From: Desulfocapsa sulfexigens DSM 10523
GTDB taxonomy: Bacteria; Desulfobacterota; Desulfobulbia; Desulfobulbales; Desulfocapsaceae
Length of the DNA: 32,000 bases
Direction of reading: 5' to 3'
Assembly: GCF_000341395.1 (NCBI RefSeq)
Contig: NC_020304.1
Span: 2,010,001-2,042,000 of the forward strand
Positions 19,483-27,444 of this stretch are shown here, piece after piece; the stretch's first letter is position 1, and the number at the start of each line of letters is the position of its first letter. The position numbers and the translations under genes were made by a program. The notes beneath the pieces are model-generated. The model did no database searches. It was not told the origin of the DNA and worked only from the letters and a program-made list of their open reading frames with translations.

Positions 19483-22065
19483 ATTTTATTGTTCCCTGTG
19501 AAATGGTCCTTTCAACTGTTTTTTCTCATCACACTATTCATTGATCGTTCATTGGATGCCCTACAGAAAGAATTTTATATCCATACAAAGATCAAAATCG
19601 GTTCTGGAAATGTCTCCAGAATGGAGTTCGTTTCAAAAGTAATACCCGAAATTACTTCTTCAATGAAGATTCACTTAAGATATCAATTGCTACTTGATGC
19701 TCTCTAAACGTTTTTTAATTGTTTCATTACCAGGTTCGAGAATTAATGCCTGCTCGTATTCCTCTTTGGCGCGGTATGGGATGTCCTGCTTTTTGTAATA
19801 ATCTCCCAGGTGGATATGAAAGGGAGCGTAGTCCGGTAACCATTTGATGCCAAGGTAGAGCGTGTTGACTGCCTCATCTGTTCTTTTTTGTTTTGTGTAA
19901 AAATAAAACAACTGCATAAAGTACCCAGGCTGGATGGTTTCTTCCTGTTCCAGGAAGTCCAGGGCATGGCTTCTGAAATACGCACTGTTTGTAAGCTGTC
20001 CTGATTTTTCGAGATACTCTCCAAGTGCTATCCAGGCGGATGCTTTGGGAGGGAGGGCGGCACTCATCTCTTCTCTTCTGAACTTGTAGAATTGAAAGAA
20101 TGCAGGAATACGTTTGGCTATATTAGGAAACTGCTCGGTACCTTGTTTGAGAACAGTCAGTGCCTCTTCGCGATCACCCTGTTGCAGATACCATTCTGCA
20201 AGGACAAAGACGAGTTGTTCTTTGTTAAGGCCCTTTTTGTAACCTTCGGCCATTAAAAGAGACGCCTGTTCCTTTTTCTCTGGTGGTAACAGGAGTGCAA
20301 TCCTTTGCAGGTAAGCCCCTTCAAGAGGATCTTTACGGCTGGCCAGGATATAATTGTCCAATGCCTCTTTATTTTGCTCAAGATACGAAAGGAGGTTCCC
20401 TTTGTAGGAGGAGTAGAGTCCCTCCAGGGGGTCAAGTTGGATGGCTTTGTCAATTGTTACCAGTTGCTCCTGGAGGAGTTGTGTAGACAGTTGCGGGTTT
20501 AGGTAAATTTGGGAAGCCTTACTGTGGTACTGTTGTGCTTTAAAGATTCCGCCCTGAGTGGTGATGGTCATGATAAGGAGTGGAAGGGCGGCCAGGTAGC
20601 CCAGTTTCCATACTGAAGAGACTTCTTTGAGTAATGTTGGCCTCTTGCGAAAGTGTAGCCGGGTGTTTCCGGCGGAGACGAGAACTCCGCAGAGGAAGAA
20701 AAAGTAGAGCCCGTTTGCTCCGTTATGCATGTTAAAATCGGTGATGCTGTGGATAAGGATTGCGAATATTCCACTAAGGCCAGCGATAATTAACAGGGTG
20801 GAATAGGGTTCACGGCGCAGGGAAAGCTTTCTGATACCGTTCTGAAAGATTGTGATAACAAAACATGCCGCAAGCAGAAAACCAATAAGGCCACCATCGG
20901 TGATAAGTTCCAGATAGTCATTATGGGCATGATCGAAAACATCGGATGTGGGGAAGTTACTGTATTGTGGAAACGTGTGGATGAAAGTACCCCAGCCGGA
21001 TCCGGTGAAAAGGAAGTCTTTGATGAGTGGGGCCAGGTTTACCCATAAAGGTAATCTGCCTTCAGTTATGGAGCCATCTCCGGTTGTGGTAGCATTAAAG
21101 CGTTCAAGAATGGGATCCCAGCCGAACCAAGTCATGGTAAGCAGAATACCTCCGACGATTATCAGTGGGAATATGCTTCCAGTTTTCTCGGATTTTTTTG
21201 TAAAAAGAATCAGAAAAAAGAACAGGGCCAGGGTTGCAGCAATAATCCCGCCTCGTGAAAGTCCTATAAAGATAGATGTCAGGATAAGTACAACACTGAA
21301 TCCCAGGAAAAAATAAATATTTGAAGCCGGTGAAGACAATATCGAAACAGCCTTGGAACGAAACGATTGCTTATCTGTGAATTTGGGCTTGTAGTAGAAG
21401 GAGAGGGCAAGCACCAGTGGAAAGACTAACTCCATAAATCCCGCGTAATGATTTCTGTTTACCCATGGTCCAACGGGACTTGCGTTTTCGGGAGCCGGCC
21501 GGAACCAGTAAATAGTGTCGGGAGATGTGAATTTCTGCAGAATCGCTAGAAAGGCAATGGCTGTGGCAAGTCCCGCAACTATTTTTACGGTTTTGGTGAG
21601 GAGTTCCCTGCGGCTCAAGAGCTGTACTGTGAGAATATAAAAAAATGCGTAGGAAGTAATCCGAAGGGCTTCGAGCAGGGTGGACTTTTGATTAACAGTT
21701 AGTGGAATCCATTGATTATTGTCCTGTACGGCAAGTATGGGGGCATATGCCTGATAGATACCGGGTGCAATAAAATTTACCATTGAAGGTGGAAGTGGCA
21801 TCAGTTGCAGCCACATAAAAGCAAGTAGAAGAAAGAGAGGGAGCAGGCCGGGAACTTTTAGTAATGCGTCTGATTTGTGACGTGTTTCAAAGCAGTACAC
21901 AAAAGTTGTCAGGAAAACAAGACCTTCAACAATCCCTATTGACCATGTTTCTACACTTCCGAAGGCGAGTGGTGCGAAAAAAAGGATTGCAACAAAGAAC
22001 TTGTAGGAGATGTGTTGCATATCGTATTGTTTCCTGTGAGAATTCAAGACTGTTATTTGTAATAA
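19480..22065 (-). repeat. Tandem gene duplication: the two Wzy-TPR genes plus a duplicated ~40-nt leader upstream of each ATG
   Basis: The proteins align collinearly over full length. Minus-strand leaders are also similar: ...cagtcttgaattctcacaggaaacaatacgatATGCAACAC (paralog 2) vs ...cagttgaaaggaccatttcacagggaacaataaaatATGCAACAC (paralog 1). The feature marks the span from the paralog 1 start through the paralog 2 leader. Confidence 0.7.
19690..22020 (-). CDS. O-antigen ligase/polymerase family membrane protein with C-terminal TPR domain (paralog 2)
   Basis: Track ORF is 19690..22047, but alignment to paralog 1 (MQHISYKLFVAILLFAPLAFGSVETWSIG vs MQHISYKFFVAILFFAPLAFGSVETWSIG) supports a start at 22020. 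DHAHNDYLELITDGGLIGF, SLSRGG and TPRs present. Confidence 0.9.
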   Translation of the reverse strand: MQHISYKFFVAILFFAPLAFGSVETWSIGIVEGLVFLTTFVYCFETRHKSDALLKVPGLLPLFLLLAFMWLQLMPLPPSMVNFIAPGIYQAYAPILAVQDNNQWIPLTVNQKSTLLEALRITSYAFFYILTVQLLSRRELLTKTVKIVAGLATAIAFLAILQKFTSPDTIYWFRPAPENASPVGPWVNRNHYAGFMELVFPLVLALSFYYKPKFTDKQSFRSKAVSILSSPASNIYFFLGFSVVLILTSIFIGLSRGGIIAATLALFFFLILFTKKSEKTGSIFPLIIVGGILLTMTWFGWDPILERFNATTTGDGSITEGRLPLWVNLAPLIKDFLFTGSGWGTFIHTFPQYSNFPTSDVFDHAHNDYLELITDGGLIGFLLAACFVITIFQNGIRKLSLRREPYSTLLIIAGLSGIFAILIHSITDFNMHNGANGLYFFFLCGVLVSAGNTRLHFRKRPTLLKEVSSVWKLGYLAALPLLIMTITTQGGIFKAQQYHSKASQIYLNPQLSTQLLQEQLVTIDKAIQLDPLEGLYSSYKGNLLSYLEQNKEALDNYILASRKDPLEGAYLQRIALLLPPEKKEQASLLMAEGYKKGLNKEQLVFVLAEWYLQQGDREEALTVLKQGTEQFPNIAKRIPAFFQFYKFRREEMSAALPPKASAWIALGEYLEKSGQLTNSAYFRSHALDFLEQEETIQPGYFMQLFYFYTKQKRTDEAVNTLYLGIKWLPDYAPFHIHLGDYYKKQDIPYRAKEEYEQALILEPGNETIKKRLESIK

Positions 22066-22074
22066 AGATTACGT

Positions 22075-22103
22075 ATTTTACATGCCTTATGATGAAATAT
22101 CAA
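22075..22103 (-). promoter_or_regulatory. Candidate sigma70-type promoter driving the Wzy-TPR to glycosyltransferase gene run
   Basis: Minus-strand TTGATA (22103-22098), 17-nt spacer, TAAAAT (22080-22075), about 55 nt upstream of the ATG at 22020. Confidence 0.5.
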
Positions 22104-22220
22104 ATTGTTAAATCTAAATGGCTGAATGGCTCTTCTGGCCGTGGATATTAGGCTTGTTGTTGGGTAATATTTCAAGTCCCCCTGATGCTCTTAAATGTTT
22201 CTATTTATCAAAACAGGCCA

Positions 22221-22249
22221 TTGAAACAGTAGTCTCATTATTGTATAAT
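22221..22249 (+). promoter_or_regulatory. Candidate sigma70-type promoter for the plus-strand ATPase gene
   Basis: TTGAAA (22221-22226), 17-nt spacer, TATAAT (22244-22249), 37 nt upstream of the ATG at 22287; G-rich Shine-Dalgarno-like GGGGG at 22275-22279. Confidence 0.6.
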
Positions 22250-22286
22250 GGGTGTGTTGCGAGACGTAAACAACGGGGGTATATAA

Positions 22287-23690
22287 ATGATGCGACGACA
22301 CCAGTTTCAATTTCTCTCTTCATGGCTGCACAACAAAAACCGTAAACCTTTAATTATCCGTGGTGCGAGACAGGTAGGCAAGTCAACATTAGTAGAATTA
22401 TTTGCCAAGGAGCAAAATCGAAATCTCTGTAATGTTAATCTGGAACGTTACCCAGAATTATCTGCGGTTTTTTCAGGGAAAGATCCAGGGCAGATTCTGC
22501 AGGAGATAGAGTTTCTCCCTAATCAGAGTGGAATCAGTGGTGACACTCTTTTGTTTCTTGATGAAATACAGGCTGTCCCTGAAGCAATCCCTGCTTTACG
22601 GTATTTTTATGAAGATATGCCAGACTTTCCTGTTGTTAGTGCCGGTTCACTGTTGGAATTTGCATTGGCAGACCATACTTTTTCCATGCCTGTTGGAAGG
22701 ATACAGTATTTACATATGGGACCCATGACTTTTAGTGAATTTCTTCTGGCAACAGGTGAGGACAAACTTTACAATTTTATTCATCAATATGAGGTAGGGC
22801 AGGAAATTGGAGAGGTCGCTCATCAGAGGTTGTTGCAATTACTTCGGTCCTATTATTTCGTTGGCGGCATGCCTGAAGCTGTCGCAGTTTTTGGAGAAAC
22901 GCGCAGCTATAGGGCTGTTAGCGAGATACATAACTCCATAATCGAAACCTACCGTGATGATTTTCCCAAATATGCGGGATCAAGAAACTTGAGTCGAATG
23001 CAGAATGTTTTTAATTTCGCAGCCAGAAATGTTGGTGTAAAAGTAAAGTACTCTAATATTTCATCACGGGATCAGAGTGTTACAATCAGAAAAGATATAG
23101 AATTGCTGACAATGGCAAGGGTGATAGGTAAAGTTGTTCATAGTAATTGCTCCGGCTTGCCAATACAGGCTGAAAATAAGGAGCGAGTGTATAAACTGCT
23201 CTTTTTGGATATAGGTCTGATGAATGCTATTTGCGGCCTGGATTGGAGAAATCTTTCTCAAATGGACGAGAAGAAGGTTATTAATCAGGGTGCTATTGCA
23301 GAACAATTTGTGGGCCAGCATCTGCAGGCAATGATGGCTGACAAGCCGAATCGTGAATTGAATTATTGGTTGCGGGAGGGAAAATCATCTAACGCTGAGC
23401 TGGATTATGTTGTTGGCTTAGGGGGGAGGATTATCCCAATAGAGGTGAAATCAGGTGCAACCGGAACATTAAAATCCCTGCATCAGTTTATGGGAACAAA
23501 AAAAACTGACCTTGCTGTTCGGTTTGATGCTAATCTGCCAAGTAGTCAGCAGGTCAATACTGTAATTAACGCAGATAAAGAATGCAGGAACGTACAGTAT
23601 CAGCTCATTTCACTGCCCCTATATCTGGTAGAGCGGCTTGAATCGCTCATTTCTGAACGTAGGACGTTGACACAGCACCTGGAAAATTAA
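22287..23690 (+). CDS. AAA ATPase with C-terminal DUF4143 domain
   Basis: 467 aa; Walker A IIRGARQVGKSTLVE, Walker B DTLLFLDEIQAVPEAIPALRYFYED, VVSAGSLLEFAL, YYFVGGMPEAV, C-terminal ELDYVVGLGGRIIPIEVKSGATGTLKSL. Confidence 0.93.
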   Translation: MMRRHQFQFLSSWLHNKNRKPLIIRGARQVGKSTLVELFAKEQNRNLCNVNLERYPELSAVFSGKDPGQILQEIEFLPNQSGISGDTLLFLDEIQAVPEAIPALRYFYEDMPDFPVVSAGSLLEFALADHTFSMPVGRIQYLHMGPMTFSEFLLATGEDKLYNFIHQYEVGQEIGEVAHQRLLQLLRSYYFVGGMPEAVAVFGETRSYRAVSEIHNSIIETYRDDFPKYAGSRNLSRMQNVFNFAARNVGVKVKYSNISSRDQSVTIRKDIELLTMARVIGKVVHSNCSGLPIQAENKERVYKLLFLDIGLMNAICGLDWRNLSQMDEKKVINQGAIAEQFVGQHLQAMMADKPNRELNYWLREGKSSNAELDYVVGLGGRIIPIEVKSGATGTLKSLHQFMGTKKTDLAVRFDANLPSSQQVNTVINADKECRNVQYQLISLPLYLVERLESLISERRTLTQHLEN

Positions 23691-23758
23691 GATCATTCTT
23701 TGCAAGGTCAGGTTAAGAAATATGCAAAAGGAAGATATGATGTCACCATTTTCGGAAA

Positions 23759-24727
23759 TCAGATTTTCCTTGAACCCTCAAGTTGTTTCTCAAAATAAGG
23801 GATTGTGGCTTTAAGGCCTTCTTCAAGTTGAATTGCAGGTGTCCAACCGAGTACTTCTTTTGCCAGGGTTATATCCGGTTGTCGCTGGGTGGGATCATCA
23901 CTGGGGAGTGGCTGATACTCAAGTTTTGACTTTGATCCGGTCAGCTTGATGATGGTTTCTGCCAATGTTTTGATAGTAAACTCATTGGGGTTGCCAGTGT
24001 TGATGGGGCCAATAAAGTCATCAGCTGTTCCCATTAGCCGTACAAATGCTTCAATGAGATCATCTACATAGCAGAAAGAGCGTGATTGGGAGCCATCACC
24101 ATAGATGGTAATTGCTTTGTTCTGTAATGCCTGCATGATAAAGTTTGAGACAACCCGACCGTCATTGGGGTGCATATTGGGTCCGTAGGTGTTGAAGATA
24201 CGGGCTACCTTTATGCGCAGGTTGTGTTGTCGGTGGTAGTCGAAAAAGAGTGTTTCCGCGCAGCGTTTTCCTTCGTCATAGCAGGAACGTATGCCATTTG
24301 GGTTAACCTTCCCCCAGTAGGACTCTGGTTGGGGGTGGATCTCAGGGTTTCCGTAGACTTCACTGGTGGATGCCTGGAAAATTTTTGCTTTGACCCGTTT
24401 GGCCAGACCCAGCATGTTGATAGCACCATGGACACTGGTTTTGGTGGTCTGCACCGGGTCATGCTGGTAGTGGATAGGGGAGGCTGGACAGGCCAGGTTG
24501 TAAATTTCATCAATCTCAATATACAGAGGGAAGGTTACATCGTGACGAATGATCTCGAAGCTGGGATTCCCCAGAAGGGAAATGATGTTGTCTCTGGTGC
24601 CGGTGAAGAAGTTGTCGAGACAGAGGACTTCGTGGCCGTCGTTCAGCAGGCGCTCGCATAGGTGAGAACCGAGGAAGCCAGCACCACCGGTGACAAGAAT
24701 ACGTTTTTTTCTGTTGTAGTTTTGCAT
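23759..24727 (-). CDS. UDP-glucuronate decarboxylase (UDP-xylose synthase)-like SDR
   Basis: 322 aa; [116 protein letters not shown]. Confidence 0.93.
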   Translation of the reverse strand: MQNYNRKKRILVTGGAGFLGSHLCERLLNDGHEVLCLDNFFTGTRDNIISLLGNPSFEIIRHDVTFPLYIEIDEIYNLACPASPIHYQHDPVQTTKTSVHGAINMLGLAKRVKAKIFQASTSEVYGNPEIHPQPESYWGKVNPNGIRSCYDEGKRCAETLFFDYHRQHNLRIKVARIFNTYGPNMHPNDGRVVSNFIMQALQNKAITIYGDGSQSRSFCYVDDLIEAFVRLMGTADDFIGPINTGNPNEFTIKTLAETIIKLTGSKSKLEYQPLPSDDPTQRQPDITLAKEVLGWTPAIQLEEGLKATIPYFEKQLEGSRKI

Positions 24728-24803
24728 AGTTGAACGATTGATGAGTTAACAGGAGAAATCAAAACGGGTTCTATGCCCTACCCAATTTATAAATGAATTC
24801 GGG

Positions 24804-25832
24804 TTATCCCAGATTCTGCAAATACCATTGGGCTGCTTTATCCAGACCAGCCTGTACCGAAAAAGAAGGTTTATAGCCAATCAGTCTCTTAGCTTTTGAG
24901 ATGTCTGCAAGTGAATGGCGTACATCTCCAGCTCTAAAATCGCGGTATTCCGGTGCAGCGTTCATGGCCGATTCATGAGTTGCTACAACCCTCTCTTTTA
25001 TCAATTGAAAAAGTTCATTGAGGGTTGTCCTTTCGCCAAAGGCAACATTATACACCTGATTTGATGCCTCTTCATTCTTCGCCGTTGCTGCCAGGAGGTT
25101 TGCTTCTACAGCGTTTTCAATAAAACAGAAATCCCGGCTTGTTTCGCCATCGCCATTGATAAAAACGGTTTCATTTTTTATGAGTCCAGCAAACCATTTT
25201 GGAATAACCGCCGCATAGGCGCCATTGGGGTCCTGGCGTTGTCCGAAAATATTAAAATATCTGAGACCGATTGTTTTGAAACCATAGGTTTTTGCAAAAA
25301 CATCGCTATACAGTTCGTTAACGAGCTTTGTCACAGCGTAGGGAGAAAGAGGTTTGCCAATTTTATCCTCTTCCTTGGGCAGATCCGGGTGATCACCATA
25401 GGTGGAACTTGATGCCGCGTAAACAAAACGTTGAACGTTTGCATCCTTTGCAGCCACCAGCATATTCAAAAATCCACTGATGTTGTTTTCATTCGTTGTG
25501 ATCGGGTCTTCAATGGATCGTGGTACGGAACCAAGGGCTGCTTGATGGAGAACGTAGTCGACATTGCTACAGGCATGTGTGCAATCATCTATACTCCGGA
25601 TATCTCCTTCAATAAAGGTGAATTGCTGCCACTGCTTCTCGCTTACCAGTGATTGAACCTCATCGAAATTATGTTGAAATCCCGTCGAAAAGTTATCCAA
25701 ACCCACAACTTTCTGGTTTAGCTTAAGAAGGGTTTCAAGGAGGTTGGAGCCGATAAAACCGGCAACACCGGTGATGAGCCAGGTGTACTGCTTGTCTGTC
25801 AGATGGTTTTGAAGTGTCTCGTAATGTGTCAT
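24804..25832 (-). CDS. tviC: NAD-dependent epimerase, UDP-GlcNAc(A) 4-epimerase-like (TviC/WbpP family)
   Basis: 342 aa; [101 protein letters not shown]. Confidence 0.88.
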   Translation of the reverse strand: MTHYETLQNHLTDKQYTWLITGVAGFIGSNLLETLLKLNQKVVGLDNFSTGFQHNFDEVQSLVSEKQWQQFTFIEGDIRSIDDCTHACSNVDYVLHQAALGSVPRSIEDPITTNENNISGFLNMLVAAKDANVQRFVYAASSSTYGDHPDLPKEEDKIGKPLSPYAVTKLVNELYSDVFAKTYGFKTIGLRYFNIFGQRQDPNGAYAAVIPKWFAGLIKNETVFINGDGETSRDFCFIENAVEANLLAATAKNEEASNQVYNVAFGERTTLNELFQLIKERVVATHESAMNAAPEYRDFRAGDVRHSLADISKAKRLIGYKPSFSVQAGLDKAAQWYLQNLG

Positions 25833-26007
25833 TGTATGAGTACTTTATTTCTAAACTCTTTATGGAACAAGTAAGGGAATAATTTCCAGCTTCTTTGGGT
25901 ATTATGAAAAGCTGCATAGGCTGAAGGATATTTTACTGAAGGAAAAAAATAGCATTACGAAAGCCCTTCCGCCTTTCTGTGCCTTCCGCCTCGTAACCTA
26001 TTTTAGC

Positions 26008-27282
26008 TTATAATCTTCCGTCCACAGCGTTGCTTGGAAGGATGTTCTTTACATCATAGATAATGCTTTCTTCTTTGCCTAAGGATTTGATCCATTCAAT
26101 CCCTTTTAATTTAAATTCGCCATGGGCAACGCAAAGAACAATCGCGTCATAATGTGCTACAGTCGGGGAGTCAATCAGGTTGATGTTGTACTCCTGTCGC
26201 GCCTCGTCTTTGTCAACCCATGGGTCATATACGTCAAGGCTGACACCATAAGATGTGAATTCATTGATCACGTCGACTACTTTGGTGTTGCGGATATCCG
26301 GGCAGTTTTCTTTGAAGGTCAGTCCAAGGATAAGAATCTTCGAATCCTTCACATGAACTTTCTTTTGCAGCATAAGTTTAACCACCCGGGATACCACATA
26401 TGCCCCCATATTGTCGTTAATGCGGCGTCCGGCGAGGATCATCTCCGGGTTGTACCCCGTTTCCTGTGCTTTGTGGGTAAGGTAATAGGGATCGACTCCT
26501 ATGCAGTGACCACCAACCAGACCGGGACGAAAGGGGAGGAAATTCCATTTGGTAGCTGCAGCATCGAGGACCTCATTGGTGTCGATTCCCATGCGGTGAA
26601 AAATAAGCGACAACTCGTTGACAAGGGCAATATTTACATCACGCTGTGTATTTTCAATGACTTTAGCTGCTTCAGCAACCTTGATGGAGCTGGCCTTATA
26701 GGTGCCGGCTTTTACTATACTTGCGTACAGGGTATCAATTATTTCTGCAGCCTCAGGATTAGATCCTGCGGTGACCTTTGTAATTGTTGTGAGGCAGTGT
26801 AGTTTATCCCCAGGATTGATACGTTCAGGACTGTATCCTACTGAGAAGTTTTTATTAAAGGTGAGATTCGATTCCTGTTCAAGAATGGGAACACAAATTT
26901 CTTCAGTTGCTCCTGGATATACGGTGGATTCATAGACAACGATGTCGCCCTCGGATAAAAATCTTCCAACAAGTGAACTGGCTCCTTGAAGGGGGCGCAG
27001 GTTCGGCTGTTTATGCCTGTCAATTGGGGTTGGAACAGCAATGATATAAAAGTTGTATGCTTTGAGATCTTCTTCCTGACTGGAAAACTGGAGCTGTGGG
27101 TTGTTTGCTAAATCCTCGGGAGTAACTTCTCTGGTGGAATCCCTACCCTCTAAAAGTTCCTGTACTCGTGCTTCTTTGATGTCGAAACCAAGAGTTGGGT
27201 AATTCTTTCCAAGTTCCACAGCCAGAGGAAGGCCGACATATCCCAGGCCGATGACGGCTATTTTTATTTCTGATATTTGCAT
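26008..27282 (-). CDS. tviB: UDP-N-acetyl-D-glucosamine 6-dehydrogenase-like nucleotide sugar dehydrogenase (TviB/WbpO family)
   Basis: 424 aa; [129 protein letters not shown]. Confidence 0.92.
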   Translation of the reverse strand: MQISEIKIAVIGLGYVGLPLAVELGKNYPTLGFDIKEARVQELLEGRDSTREVTPEDLANNPQLQFSSQEEDLKAYNFYIIAVPTPIDRHKQPNLRPLQGASSLVGRFLSEGDIVVYESTVYPGATEEICVPILEQESNLTFNKNFSVGYSPERINPGDKLHCLTTITKVTAGSNPEAAEIIDTLYASIVKAGTYKASSIKVAEAAKVIENTQRDVNIALVNELSLIFHRMGIDTNEVLDAAATKWNFLPFRPGLVGGHCIGVDPYYLTHKAQETGYNPEMILAGRRINDNMGAYVVSRVVKLMLQKKVHVKDSKILILGLTFKENCPDIRNTKVVDVINEFTSYGVSLDVYDPWVDKDEARQEYNINLIDSPTVAHYDAIVLCVAHGEFKLKGIEWIKSLGKEESIIYDVKNILPSNAVDGRL

Positions 27283-27444
27283 GGATGTCTACAATGAGTA
27301 AATGGTTAGTATGACTTTGCAAGCAATGATAATGAATTTATGCCATGCGTGCAATCAGATAAAATGATTAAAACGGGGTGTGGTTGCCAGTCATCGCCTA
27401 CTAGAAAAAGCTAGAAGATAAACTGTTTTTGTTATGGAAAAGCT

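Noticed and set aside
22021-22047. N-terminal extension MNSHRKQYD of the second Wzy-TPR ORF
   Set aside because: Alignment with the tandem paralog and the duplicated leader both point to the ATG at 22020 as the true start; the extension covers the duplicated leader and ribosome-binding region.
22287-23690. Considered whether the AAA/DUF4143 gene marks a defence system or transposon
   Set aside because: No partner toxin, nuclease, methylase, transposase or clear terminal repeats flank it, so only a solitary accessory ATPase is supported.
24170-24661. 163-aa plus-strand ORF antisense to the UXS-like gene
   Set aside because: It lies entirely opposite a strongly conserved SDR gene. Its translation has no recognisable domain or credible start context, so it is a typical shadow ORF.
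26122-26802. 226-aa plus-strand ORF antisense to tviB
   Set aside because: It mirrors a highly conserved dehydrogenase; the low-complexity, Val/Phe/Cys-rich translation is consistent with an antisense shadow ORF.
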